NCBI GenBank assembly: GCA_951406725.2
Contig: OX597820.1
Span: 42,966,001-43,030,000 of the forward strand
Length of the DNA stretch: 64,000 nucleotides
Source of the DNA: Octopus vulgaris
Taxonomy: Eukaryota
Direction: 5' to 3'
Part shown: positions 27,200-42,226 of the stretch, one piece after another
Layout of the letters: each line of letters begins with the position of its first letter
Numbering within the stretch: position 1 is the stretch's first letter
The notes under the pieces: generated by a model
What the model saw: only the letters and a program-made list of their open reading frames with translations
Told to the model about the DNA's origin: nothing
Databases searched by the model: none
Translations under genes and position numbers: made by a program

Positions 27200-27630
27200 G
27201 CATAGGATTTAATTCAAATTCACTTCAGAAACCAGTTATATTGAATTACCATTCCTAGATTTTTACATACAAATACACGTCTCCATAGTCACAAGAAAAA
27301 TATTTTTACAAAACACGGACAAGCACCAATACTTGAAATTCTACTCTAGCCATTCCTCATACAACAAACAGAACATTCAATACAATATGACAAGTCGTAA
27401 TTAATAAAAAAAAAAACATAAAATCCGATTTAATGAGCTCATAAGGCTTCCTAAAACAACAGAATTGCCCCTGAAATTAATAAATGATGGAATTATAGAG
27501 GCGATGAAGCTGAACATCACACAACTAAGGACACCGAAGAAAAGAATTAAAAAACGTACTATTTCATTTACCAATATGCACAATCCTGGAGTAACCAACA
27601 CTTTTCACACTATAACATCAAACATAACGA
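27200..27630 (+). mobile_element. Penelope-like RT C-terminal fossil
   Basis: FTSETSYIELPFLD...TDKHQYLKFYSSH..NKQNI motifs. Confidence 0.7.
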
Positions 27631-27648
27631 TACTAATAATAATAATAA

Positions 27649-27705
<57 letters not shown>

Positions 27706-27707
<2 letters not shown>

Positions 27708-29191
27708 TAGTTTTATTTTTATAGCGTGCTTTCACTTCACTACCGAGCGCAGCTCTGTGTGCCTTGGGTATGTGCTGTGATTTGTTGTGATGCTCTGATG
27801 GTTATTGTATGGAAAATGTTCTGCGTAGGATGTGTGCAGTGCCTAGTAGTGCAATTTTCTGTATGTTATATGTGTTTGTAAGTCCTGGTGTTTTTGTTAT
27901 GTATTTGTCTGAATATTTTTTTATCATGCCTAATGCACCTACTATGATAGGAATTGTTTCTGTTTTCAGGTTCCACATTCTAGTTACCTCTATTTCCAAG
28001 TCTTTGTATTTTGAGAGTTTCTCCATTTCTTTTAGAGACACGTTGTCATCAGCCGGTATTGATACATCAATTAGAAAGCATTTTTTTCTTCATGGTCTCT
28101 GACAACTATATCTGGTCTGTTGGCCTTAATTTCTCTATCTGTGTGTATCGGCATATCCCAGAGTATGGTTGCTTTCTCGTTTTCTGTGACCTTTTCTGGT
28201 GTGTGCCTATACCATCTTTTTTCTGTTGTTATTCCATAATGTTGGCATAGCTTCCAATGTATGTAGGTTCCAACTCTGTCATGTCTGTGAATATATTCCT
28301 TCTTAGCCAGGACTGGGCAGCTAGAGATAATATGATTTATTGTTTCTTGTCCATCTCCACATATTCTGCAGTTACTTGTAATATTTCTTTTCATTACATG
28401 TTTTTGGTAATTTCTGGTGGGGAGGCTTTGGTCTTGTGCTACAATTAAAAATCCCTCTGTTTCTGCTTTGAGTCCTGAGCTTCTCAACCATTGCTGGGAT
28501 TTTTCTTTGTCTATTTCTTTTGCGTTTAGTTTAGTGCAGTATTTACCATGAAGGGGTTTTTCTTGCCATCGTTTTATCATGGCTCGTTGCTGTTCTATTT
28601 TTAGTTTGGATTTCATTTGTTTTATAGCTTTTGTTGTTTCTTCATCATCTTCTTCTTCTTCTTCTTTGTGTTTATTAGGTGGTATGATTTCTTGTTTGTA
28701 TTTGTCAGCTTCCTTAAATACTGAGAACAGTTTTTTGTTTTGCTCGTGTTTTGCTGCTATCTGGATCAGTTTTCCTTCCTTCTGAAGTAGGTATTTTTGC
28801 AGTCCTATGGTGGTTATTTTATGGTAGTTTTCCAGCTGTATAAGGCCTCTACCACCTTCTATACGTTGTATATATAGTCTTTCTATGTCAGATTTTGGGT
28901 GATGCATCCTAGATCCTGTCAGTATTTTTCTTGTTTTCCTATCTATTTTGGACAGTTCATTTCGTGTCCAGTTAAGGATATTGTAGTTGTAACTTATAAC
29001 TGGGACAGCTAAAGTGTTGATACCTATTATCTTGTTTTTAGCATTGAGCTCTGTTTTTAGTATTGATCTAACTCGTCTGTAATATTCTTTTTTTATTTTC
29101 TCTTTCATTTGTGTGTGTTGTGTCTTATCTAGTTCATGGATTCCTAAGTATTTGTAAGTTTGGCTTTGGTCTAATTCTTTTATTTCATTTT

Positions 29192-29194
<3 letters not shown>
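27706..29194 (-). mobile_element. R4/Dong LINE, 5'-truncated, young; RT thumb, CCHC knuckle and restriction-like endonuclease
   Basis: YKYLG, GGRGL, HGKY, CRICGDGQETINHIISSC, RHD, NRPDIV, KLSKYKDL; a single frameshift near 28080; (TAA)n on both sides. Confidence 0.95.
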
Positions 29195-29282
<88 letters not shown>

Positions 29283-29640
29283 GTTTTTTCCTTCTTTCTT
29301 CAAATTTTCTTCCGTTTCTCGCCGAGTGTTTTCCATACACCTAGGGCAGAGAAGGGCATTGTATGCATTCCCAGAATACATGCGCAAATTCACAGATAAG
29401 ATATGTATTTAAAAATTAATAAATAAATAAATTCATGGATGGATGTTATTTTCAGAGCGATATTGCTCTTCTTAGTACATGAGCCGTTCCAGTTAATACG
29501 ATTTCTTGTACTTCTTGTAAGGATGGTAAGCCTGGAATCATTTTCAAATAGGTTTCAGTACCATTTTTATCCTTCCTAGAGATCCTACAATCACTGGTAC
29601 TGTAGACGCCTTGAGATGCCACATTTTTTCAATTTCTTCT
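29283..29640 (-). mobile_element. R4/Dong LINE 3' end, different subfamily
   Basis: EIEKMWHLKASTVPVIVGSLG...QEIVLTGTAHVLRRAI; a similar 3' UTR at 60775-60895. Confidence 0.8.
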
Positions 29641-29720
29641 TCTTCTTCTTCTTCTTCTTCTTCTTCTTCTTCTTCTTCTTCTTCTTCTTCTTCTTCTTCT
29701 TCTTCTTCTTCTTCTTCTTC

Positions 29721-29778
<58 letters not shown>

Positions 29779-29779
<1 letters not shown>

Positions 29780-30000
29780 AATGCCCTGATGCAATACCAG
29801 GCAGGGGCTCTCGTAGCTTCTGATCTTAATTGATTGGAAGTGTTATCATATACATTGTTTTGTCTTGCTATAAAAGATGAGCTACAGCAAATATTCTGCT
29901 CAATACCACAGAATTGCTGGTCAGTTGTGTGACCATAACCAGTTGAGCATGTCCCTTAGTGACTGACGATATGTGCATCTCTGATCACGAGCAGAAGTAT
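29779..30000 (+). mobile_element. Fragment of the ~540-bp non-coding TAA-associated element
   Basis: Reverse complement of 60540-60758. Confidence 0.8.
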
Positions 30001-30025
30001 AATAATAATAATAATAATAATAATA

Positions 30026-30132
<107 letters not shown>

Positions 30133-30154
30133 CGGTAGTAGTAGTAGTAGTATC

Positions 30155-30212
<58 letters not shown>

Positions 30213-30249
30213 TTGTTGTTGTTATTATTGTTGTTGTTTTTGCTGCTGT

Positions 30250-30631
30250 TAATATTCAGTAATATTTCACCACACTACCGAAAGCACCTTTGTGTACCTT
30301 GGGTATGTGCTGTGGTTGGTTTTGGTGCTGTTATTTATCACTGTTTTTAAAGTGCTTTACGTAGGATGTGTGCAGTGCCTCCTAGTGCTATTTTCTGTAT
30401 GTTATATACATTAGGAATTGTTGGTATTTTGATTATGTATTTGTCTGAATGTATTTTGATCATACATAATGCGCAGCAGTGGCTGTGTGGTAAGTAGCTT
30501 GCTTACCGACCACATGGTTTTGGGTTTAGTCCCAATGCATAGCACGTTGGGCAAGTGTCTTCTACAATAATTTCGGGCCGAGCAAAGCCTTGTAAGTGGA
30601 TTTGGTAGAGGTAAACTGAAAGAAGCCCGTC

Positions 30632-30666
<35 letters not shown>

Positions 30667-30745
30667 ATCAGTTGAAATTAACGAATTGGTGAGAAGGAAT
30701 ACTCTTTCCTTGATGATCTCTCAGATCTATATCCGGTTTATTAGT
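30250..30745 (-). mobile_element. Decayed R4/Dong 3' end interrupted by a truncated SINE (+, ~30470-30633)
   Basis: Resembles 27706-27940; the SINE head aligns to 26530. Confidence 0.7.
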
Positions 30746-30748
30746 CGT

Positions 30749-30779
<31 letters not shown>

Positions 30780-30907
30780 CTCTCTCTCTTCTCTCTCTGT
30801 CTCTCTTTCTCTCTCTGTATATTGGCATAACACAGTTTATGATAGCTTTGTCCTTTTCTGAGACCTATATAATAATAATAATAATAATGATAATAATAAT
30901 AATAATG

Positions 30908-30969
<62 letters not shown>

Positions 30970-30985
30970 TATAATAATAATAATA

Positions 30986-31018
<33 letters not shown>

Positions 31019-31149
31019 TCTTTATTAACCACAAATGTTTACATTCAGAAAAAACTTTATAGCCAGCATAGGACAAAACAAAATTGTGTGTGTATATGTG
31101 TCAGTGTGTGCTGTTGTGAGAGTTTAGCATGTAAGCAAGACTAACATAA

Positions 31150-31615
31150 GTATAAATATTAAAAAAGAAAAAATGTGTAATCCTGAATAGGGAGGAGACG
31201 TTCGAGAGCTGCTCAGGAAAAACCACACAAAAAACCATGTGTACCCATGTGTCTTTTTTCCTTTCCCTTTTTACCAACTACAGGCGTATGCTCAGGGCAG
31301 GCCCGTTCACTTGTACCATTCTTACGGCTTTCATCCACGTTCCAGCAAACTGGAGAGAAGACAACAATTCCCTCTCTATTCTTATTTTCCTTTTCAAGTA
31401 AAACTTGAAGGAGTTGATCCAGAATTGGCCAAAAAGAAAAGTGTTTGTCTTCAGCCCCTTCAATCACGTCCACCATACAACTTCTTTCGCCATGGCCACT
31501 AGACATGTAAAAACAGTATTTTCTTCCTCGTTAAAGGAAAGCAGCGGGGCGATCGTCACAATGGATTTAGTTGATAGCCGGATCCGTCCCACACGCGACA
31601 GCAGGTGTTCGACAT
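31150..31615 (-). mobile_element. L1/Tx1-like LINE ORF2 C-terminus and 3' UTR
   Basis: CLVAMAKEVVWWT...FKFYLKRKIRIER...F..TW pattern typical of Tx1 ORF2 ends. Confidence 0.65.
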
Positions 31616-33029
31616 GGAGTTCGGACTGAAAGTGTAGTGTGTTAGTCTTAAAGAGAGGCAAAATCAAATGTATGGACGGGCTATCGATACCGTTGTGGGA
31701 GGTTATGATGCAGATAGAAATGACGGGTTATAAGTACTTGAGGATTTTGGAAATGGATAAATTGATGGAGAAGGAAATGACAGAAAAATTTACGGTGGAG
31801 TACTTGCGCAAACTGAGACTGATGCTTAAGTCGAAATTAAACGGACGGAATAAGATTGAAGCTATCAAAACCTGAGGAGTTTCACTCCTTAGATATGGAG
31901 CATGGCCAGTATACGAACTAAACAGCTTAAGCAGAATGACAAAAATGTTGCTAACTAGGTATGGGACACTTCACCCCAAAATTGACTCATCTAGACTATA
32001 TGTACCATGAAAAAGAGGACTTATTGGATGCGAACACAGCATTAGAGCAGAAGAAAACAACATAGCATATTATGTAAAAACAAAATGCCACAGAACCGCT
32101 AAGACGGTCAGGCTTATGTAGGATGAAAGATTTCAAAGATAAAGTACTGAGCAAGCAATTGAAAACGGACGAAACAGAAAATAGATGGGTAAAACAAAAG
32201 AATGCATGGACAATTTCATAGGGATGTTGAAGATAAGACAGACTGAGAAAAAAGATAGCTGTGGATGACTGAAAGTTATTTAAAACCGGAAACAGAAGCA
32301 CTAATTTGTGCTGCCCAAGAGTAAGCACTAAGTACAAACTATATAAAGTACAGAGTAGACAACACATTAGAAAGCGATACGTTCAGTATCTGTAGACAAA
32401 ATGGTGAAACCGTATGGCATATTATCAGCCAACGTACGTCACTAGCCCAGAAGGAATATGAGATACGCAACGACAATATAGCCAGGTTTGTCTATTGGAC
32501 ACTTTTCAACATGTATGGACTTGACAAAGAAAAAAGTAGTTGGTATGAACACAAACTCGACGGCATCATCGAAAATGATAATGCAAAGATCCTATGGGAT
32601 TAATGATTCAGTGCGACCATGAGATAGAGAATAGGAAGCCAGTCATAGTCTTAATTGAGAAAGAAAGTAAACTATGCTGGATCATAGATATAGCATGCCC
32701 AGCTGAGAACAAGGTATGCGATAAGGAAGAAAGAAAAGTCGATAGGTATGACAGGTTAGCTTGGTAGATAAAGCAGTTGTGGTCACGGAAAAGGTGGTAG
32801 TGGTACCAATAATTGTCGGAGCCCTGGAAACAATGAGTAAAAATCTCGAGAAGTATCTGGAACCAATACGGGCTGCAATTAGGGTGGAGCACTTGCAGAA
32901 AATAGCATTGCTTGGAAACGCTCGAAGATTCCGGAAGGTGCTTGAAAAATAAGATGTGTTACCTTAGTTCACTGGTAGTGAATAGCTGACACTATAGTAC
33001 ATCTCCAGCGTTAGAAGCAGTGCAAAGCA

Positions 33030-33030
<1 letters not shown>
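31616..33030 (+). mobile_element. R4/Dong LINE, 5'-truncated and decayed, followed by (TAA)n
   Basis: FGL.KC.VLVLKRGK, YKYL, LKSKLNGRNKIEAI, HGQF, LKPETEALICAAQE, KP.IV, VVPIIVGAL, QKIALLGNAR. Confidence 0.9.
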
Positions 33031-33127
<97 letters not shown>

Positions 33128-33141
33128 AAGAAGAAGACGAA

Positions 33142-33172
<31 letters not shown>

Positions 33173-33536
33173 AAGAAGAAGAAGAAGAAGAAGAAGAAGA
33201 AGAAGAAGAAGAAGAAGAAGAAGAAGAAGAAGAAGAAGAAGAAGAAGAAAAACAACAACAACAACAACAGCAATAACAACAAACAATCAAGTTCAAGAAA
33301 TATGTCAGAGAATTCGGAAGTAACATGAGAACAAAAAACTAAGCTGCTGGGAACAGCTAGGATTTTGAGACTGTCACTTCGATGTTGAATGTCTCTCACG
33401 ATAATCAACAACCAAATATACAAGCTCATAATTTGCGGAAAGGGACACTGTGAGATCTCAGACAGCAGATTCTACTAGGGCAAACATGTTCGAGCGCTCT
33501 GAGAAATAAAGTAACAACAACAACAACAACAACAAC

Positions 33537-33580
<44 letters not shown>

Positions 33581-33747
33581 TGATGATGATGATGATGTTG
33601 CTAATATCTTACAATTTTACTGCCTCATGGTGATGTTTTCCCTCCAACTAAACCTACTCAGGTTGACCGATAATCGAAGCATTCCAGTCGTTACCCTTTG
33701 TTTTACGATGCTATGTTGGGATTTCTCTGAGCTTGTTGCTGCTATTT

Positions 33748-34710
33748 ATGAGGGAGTACCCAAATGAAACCGTAATTTTGCAAAATTATTATATTCACTT
33801 AGTTTTACATGTGTACAGTTTTATCGCAAACGCTTCAGAACTGTCAAGTGAAATGTCTGGTTAATAGTTTGACACGGAGGACGAGCAAACACTGTGTGGA
33901 CACTTCCTTTCGCATCGATAAAACAAATCATCATTGTCTTGATAATGGACTTCACTTGACGCGCTTTTGACGTGGAGGGCGGGGTGAAATTGAATGTTAC
34001 CATTGACTCGATTGCTGCTTCGTTTCCAGGTCGTAGCCGTAGCACCAGTTTTCGTCACCAGTGATGACCCACGATAAAACGTTCCGATCAACTTCCAACT
34101 GCTCTTTCTGTTCACGAAACGCTTTCAGTTGTGCATGTTTTTGGACTTCCATTAGCAAGTGAAGCGCAAATTTTGCTGCAACTTTTTTATTCGCAAATCC
34201 TCGCTCAAAATTTGTTTGAAGGAGCTCCAGGAAACACCAACGATATCAAGTTCATCAATTGTTCGGCAACGGTCCTCTAAGATCAGTTCATGAATTTTCG
34301 TGATGTTTTTTTTTACGTTCAGGAAGTACACGGTCTTCCTGAACGAGTTTGGTCTTCAAGCATCAAGTGACTATTCCTACAATGTGAAAACCACTCGTAA
34401 AGTTTTGCTCATGGCAGCGTCTTTGTAAGCTGTTGATGTATAAGAACTTTTTCGGCCGCTGTTTTCTTCGGCAAGAAATAGAATTTCACGTAAGCACGCT
34501 GTTCCCGTGTTTCTGCCATCGCAAAAATCGAGGAACAAGGGAGAAGAGAAGCACTGCAAAACAAAAACGCACCACGTGACAGTAAGACTCGATCCGAAGA
34601 CGCCGGTCAGCAGACTGATGCCTGAGGTTTTCATCAAGTGGCTTCTTGCAGAAGAAGCCTGAACTACAACGGGCTTGTGTCACAGAGAAAGCTTCCGGTT
34701 ACTTTGAAAG
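33748..34710 (-). mobile_element. mariner transposon fossil
   Basis: VITGDENWCYGYD.ETKQQSSQW and KTMMICFID motifs on the minus strand. Confidence 0.8.
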
Positions 34711-34879
34711 TCAAGGGACGTGTTCCAGTCTTTCCCATTGGCTCCTACGTTGTCATTATATTATGAAGAATCATACCAAGTGACCCTATAGCAAAAATTA
34801 TTATACGAGCGAACAAGCCAAAGCCAATGGAAGACATCATCATTTAGACCCAATACAAGAGGCTGGAATACATGATAAA

Positions 34880-35400
34880 ATCTATTTCAATTTTTAGCAT
34901 TGAAATTTAAATGCCATTGTTAAATGTGCAATGCATGTGATAGAGGAAAATTCTGACGTCATATATAATAAAGCTTCGTGCTACCAAGGCGACAACATCT
35001 GCAACGGTATAACGGAACATGAAGGATGAGATATAAATATTTGTATATGCTAAAGGTTGTTGTAGTGAATCAGAACTAAATGAAAATTAAAACTGGAGAA
35101 GTATTTAAGAGGAGTGTCAGGAAGATCTTAAGAAGGTAATTAAATAGAGAGAACGGGATTGAAGCGATCGCCGCCCTGGAAATACTAATACTGCAATATT
35201 CTGTAGCTCTACTTGAGCTGATAAAAAGCGAACTTCATGAGTTTGATAGGCAAGCCAGGAAATTATTAACGAAGCACAACTAGTTATATTCAGGCAGCAA
35301 ACTTATTAGGTTGAATAAACAGAGACAGATTGATGAAGCAAAGGGAAAATACAATGAAGTAGGCACATCGCAATTATAAGTAATAGGACCGGAGAGATAG
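34880..35400 (+). mobile_element. Highly decayed R4/Dong RT fragment
   Basis: YKYL..., VRKIL...LN..N.IEAI, DRQARKLL relics. Confidence 0.5.
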
Positions 35401-36004
35401 ATTAAGAAAAAAATGAAGTAATTGCACATGAAATTAAGGAAATCCACGTGGAACAGAAAGAAATCAAAAAACGTTACACATAAAAAGTGAGAAAGAAGGA
35501 TGAAAAACTGGGCATTGACTTGTTCAATGAGTATCGTTGCAGGGAAATACAAATGACAAAAAAGGGAAAATAGATTTCCTTTTAAAATGTTGAGCTAAAG
35601 TGCAACACAGATGCCATTTATTATGATTCATGATCATGATATAAGGATATGTATTATTAATTCTTCTGCTTCCACGTGTCTGTTGAAATACTTCGCCGTT
35701 TTTTTTTTTCATTTACGTTGAAAATAATGAAGAATTTAGTAAATTACTTTTCACTGTTTCAAACATCAATTATCATGAACTTTTGATGAAAACTTTTAAT
35801 CAAAAGCGGATGTTTGCATTATAGAACCACATATGTTTTCAAGGTTCAGTGGCATCAGAGGTTTTCAAGCAATATTTGTAACAGACTACACAGATGTAAC
35901 TGTCCGATGTATGCGAAATATAGAGGAAATGATAGAAAGTATACGGGAGTCTGGAGACAGCATGGTGGCACAAACAATTCACTGTGATGTTATAATAGAG
36001 AAAA

Positions 36005-37451
<1,447 letters not shown>

Positions 37452-37700
37452 GAGTGAGTGAGTGAGAGAGTAGCGCGTGCCATCAAAGCGACACTGGGGT
37501 AAAATTATACGAAGCCCAACATACCCATCGTCATAATCACCCGTCTCATAAGGGTATACTAGGCACATGCATCACAACCACATGTGCGCGACATGGTGAT
37601 CTTATATGAAGATAAACAGTGCATGACCTTGCGGGTGGGACCCAGTTAGAATTTTCATTAGATTGAGTGGCCCATCCCGCCCAAAAAATTAGGGGTCCTT
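37452..37700 (-). mobile_element. 3' part of the ~540-bp non-coding TAA-associated element
   Basis: Aligns with 60222-60420. Confidence 0.8.
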
Positions 37701-38290
37701 TGTACTGTTTGGTGACTGTTGCTTTTACTGCCTTCATCCATCATTGGACAGGTTTTGTGGTTCCTCATACGGGCGTCAACGGAAACCACTCCCCTTACTA
37801 AGCAGGCTTGGTAGGGTTGCCAGACTTGGTAAGGTCACCGACAGTCTGGAAACGTACAAAATTACATGTCATTAGTAGCACAGAGAGTGATCTCACATAC
37901 ATACATGCATGCATGTATATACGATGGTAGCCACTGTTGCCGAATAACCAGCCCAAATGATTTGTTTAGAAACACATTAGTTCACTTTTTCCATCAAACT
38001 GATGTCTGAACAGACGCACAGTGTACCACAGGCGAAGGTCGCAGAACAACACGAGATGAATTGTTTTGCTCAAGAACACAACGCACCACCCGGTCCAGGA
38101 ACTGAAACTACAATCAGGCAATCATAAATGTATGATCCAAAACCAGTAAGCCATGCACTTTTGACATATGCATGTATACACATATTCAAACACAAAACTA
38201 TAGTCTAAAATGCTAACTTTTGTCCCTGCATGGTCATTCGATTATTTTTTTATCATTGAAAATTTTCGCGATTGCTCAACTGAATCTTAT

Positions 38291-38352
<62 letters not shown>

Positions 38353-39340
38353 TGTGTGTGCGTGTGTGTGTGATTTCAACATGCACTTGAGAATATACTG
38401 CCAGCATTGCCCTAACGACCTGAACATTATCTTCAAGGTGCATCCAATGCTGGGACCACAGAAAGTACATACTCTGTCCAATTCAGAATCATAACATATA
38501 GATACACAGCGACACAATTTCTTTTTCTCAACAGGCCCTGCCCTGTTTAACATTGTTCTAAAACTGATCAAAAAGGAAAAGGATCCCATCACCACAAATT
38601 AGGTAATCTTATCAGGTGGTGCTATTAAGTTAGACATGGCCTGGATGATCTTTGTGAAGGGACAGAAACAAGTTACTTAATCTGCGAAATGAATACGATC
38701 TGCATTCCGTTTTGCCAGCAACCAGACTTTACAGGATTAGTTACAACGGTTGTGGGATGATACTCGTGATGTGCTTGCCGCATAAAATCAAAATAATTAA
38801 GATGGCGCTTGTACATATACTGTTTTCTGCCAATAAATTTTCATTAATTAAAACTTATCAAATTATGTCATTTAAATTTCGGGTTCGACTCCCTTACATG
38901 TCAGAAGTAGTTTTTCTCATTGGGATATTTTATAGTTAGCTTCAAATAAGTTGTCTCCTACAATATGTAAGTTAACAACAACGTTATAAAAAGACTATGA
39001 CCTTTATCAATATACTATTTATTTATTCGATCGCTTACACGTTCCATTAGTAATAATATCTTACATTCTCTATCTTTGAAATTATCTCCAATGCTGAAAA
39101 GATTCACTCTAAATATAGAGTGCCATTCCTACTCTACTTTCTTGTACTATTACAGTAGTATTTAGAGATATATAATATGATATATATACATATATATATA
39201 TATCATTATATATATATATATATCATTATATATATATGAGTACATATACGCACACATAGACACAAATATAAGTGTACATGTGTATTTGTGAGTATATACA
39301 CACATATATATATATACACATACATACATACATACATACA

Positions 39341-39373
<33 letters not shown>

Positions 39374-40496
39374 TTATATGTAAAGTCTGTCTGTCGCTAA
39401 TGGAGTCTTTCAAAAACAGAATTATTATAAATTGCAACCTTGTATTGAAAGTTTATTTATCAGTAAAATTAGCTAGGTTTATTTAACTCTAGAATTACCA
39501 ATGCTTTTTTATGTTAGCGTGTATTGCCAATGTTGTTGCCATCGTTGTTACAGATGTTGTTGTTGTTGTTGTTGTTAGCGATGGAGTGACAGTGGTGGTT
39601 GTGGTGGTGGTACTACTGTTTTCTAAGTTTTATTTCCATTTACGATTATGTCCTAAAGCTTGCTTTCTTACATGTAAATGAAAGCTGAAATACTCCAAAA
39701 TTAACCACAAGACACATTTTTTTTAAATATTTATTTTGCGAATATCTATTTAACGTTAATTCAAAATTCTTATTACTTTCATGTTATAATTATTTCTTTA
39801 TTTCTACATTTATTCAATCATCTTTTGTTTACTTTCAAATCTGTGTCTTAGAAACGCGTTCTGTTTTAGCTTCGAGTGTTCGTACTAGAATTCCCGCCCC
39901 AACGCATCCATATATTTCACGTGTATTACGGTTGCAGTTTCCTGTGGTTCAACCTATTGTTCATATAGTGAGCCGAGTTGAGAGCCCCGGGAAGAGTTCG
40001 TTATGTCACCAATGAAGATAAAGTATAGTAAACTAGGCTATGAAGTACAGCAGAGGTAGCAACGCCTGAGAGGAAGATTCAGTCACGAACAAACAAACCA
40101 AAAACAAAGAAAACTGTTTAACAAAAAATGACCTTGCAGGAGAATTGATGTAAATGTAAAACGGCAGCGGTAATAGGAGAATAATTGAAGAAGAATTCAG
40201 TATAGATTTAACAAGCACCCAAGCAATCTAATTAAGATTAAAGGGTTCTAATAGTGAGTGATTTAAACAAAGAAAATCTCGACCTAATTCGTAACGGAGT
40301 GTGTTGCCCTACAAAGCAATGCACGAGTTAAAGAAATAAATATACTGGTATAGTGGGACTTTTAATTTATCGTTTCCATCATAAGGAAATTCCATTCATT
40401 CCACGCTTGATACAACTGTGTCAATACACATCATCACAGAGTTTGATTATTTTCTTATCTGCTTTCAGTTTCCCAATCATTATGCGTACGTGTATG

Positions 40497-40535
<39 letters not shown>

Positions 40536-40788
40536 CATACATGCATACATACATATATACATACATACATGCATACATACATACATACATACATACATGC
40601 ATGCATACATACATACATACACACACACGTACGTACGTGCCTGCGTGCGTGTGTGTGTGTCTGTATGTGTGTGTGTACACATATATTAATATTGATTGGA
40701 TCCGTACTTTTACTACAATTATTTCGTGTCTCTGCTTCTCCAGTAAAAAATAACCTGAATTCCAAATATTGAACCAGTAAATGTCAAC

Positions 40789-41550
40789 GGTTAACAACAA
40801 ATTTAATTCATTATATTTCTTTCGCCCGACTACAGGCTAGTGTTTTATTTTCGGAGTTTTTAAGGTCGTAATAGTGTATTTTCTCGTCTATTTTTCCAGC
40901 GGATGAAGAGGCTTATAGCCAATCTCTTGTTATAATTATGTATATAATTATTGAAATACTTGTAAAATTTACCTATAAGGTTTTATTTCCGCGCTGACCC
41001 CCTGGTAAAATCATTAATGAATTTTACCCTTTATTATAATTAATATTTGAAAATTTTACTCTTTGATCAAATCTGCATTCAGCGCAGAGTATGTTTTACA
41101 CGTGGTTGTAAAAGAGAGATGTGAATTCTACTTTACTGTATATTTCTACGAGTGTGCATATATATTTGCTGCACAATGACGCTACTCGTATGCGTATGTG
41201 TAGATACTCGTAAATTTATACTATGGAGTATCGTAGCTTTTGAGAGCAGTAATATTTTTTTTACTTTAAGCTTGAAACAGGATCTTGTACATGGTTAACC
41301 AAAAGTTTAATTCATTATCTTTCTTTCGCTCGAATACAGCCCAGTGTTTTACTTTCGGAGTGTTTAATGTGGTAAAAGCGTCTTTTGGCGTCTATTTTTC
41401 CAGCGTGTGGAGAGGCTTATAGTCAATCACTTGTTATAATTATGTATATAATTATTAAAATATTTGTAAAATTTACCTATAATGTTTTTATTTCCGCGCA
41501 GATCCCCTGGTAAAATGGTTAATGAATTTTACCCTTTATTGTAATTAATA
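40789..41550 (+). repeat. ~260-bp diverged direct repeats (40789-41046, 41293-41550), period ~504, ending at (TA)n; Penelope pLTR-like
   Basis: Alignment by eye; subterminal hairpin GGTAAAAT-CATTAATGA-ATTTTACC. Confidence 0.8.
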
Positions 41551-41635
41551 TATATATATATTCAATATGTGACCGCGTGTGTATCGTTGGCAATTTTTTT
41601 ACTCCGTCTTCCCTTCCTTAGATCTTTCCTTTTTC

Positions 41636-41674
41636 TATGTTTCTGACGAAGAGTTCGGCTCGAAACGTTAAAAC
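41636..41674 (+). ncRNA. Minimal hammerhead-like motif of Penelope pLTR type, in a ~215-bp element between (TA)n tracts
   Basis: GTTT-CTGACGA-A-GAG-TTCGG-CTC-GAAACGTT-A-AAAC: core boxes, short stem II, palindromic AACGTT, GTTT/AAAC stem I. Confidence 0.6.
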
Positions 41675-41774
41675 TTCCTTCTTTCTTTCCTTTCCTGAGC
41701 GTCCAAAAACACTATACGTGTTCCACGTTCTTGCGTTGTTGTGTTTTCTCTTTGTGTTTTCATGTTTGGATTAC

Positions 41775-41799
<25 letters not shown>

Positions 41800-41810
<11 letters not shown>

Positions 41811-42167
41811 GGCAGTTTGTCTGTGCGTGTTTCTGTGTGTCTGTTTTCTCGTACCCTCACCCTGACCACGGCTTTCAACCGATTCTGATGAAACTTGACA
41901 CACGCATAGCCCAATGTCATAATTCAAAACTAACGCAGCGAAAATTTTGAAAAGTTCCCCCAGTTCTGAAAAAAATCGATAAATTCGACATGGGGTCGAG
42001 AATAAAAAAACAAACCACAGACTGTCTAGGGGACGCAACTCAACCTTTTTACTCTCAAAAAAAAATTTACCATCATTTTTTTTCCATTTTTTTGCTATTT
42101 TTTGGCTATACTCTCTAAAGATGCTTTATAGTTATACAAACCTGAGCAACGCCGGGCGATACTGCTA

Positions 42168-42168
<1 letters not shown>
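41800..42168 (+). mobile_element. Non-autonomous Helitron-type element
   Basis: 5' TGTCTGT-rich start, CAACCGATTCTGATGAAACTTG motif, subterminal GC hairpin CCTGAGCAACGCCGGG and CTAG 3' end. Confidence 0.75.

Positions 42169-42226
<58 letters not shown>

Noticed and set aside
38370-38770. Possible Helitron Rep fossil
   Set aside because: Similarity too weak to support without a profile search
39830-40070. Coding exon after a strong minus-strand acceptor (TTCCTCTCAG)
   Set aside because: All three frames hit stops quickly; a non-coding exon cannot be excluded
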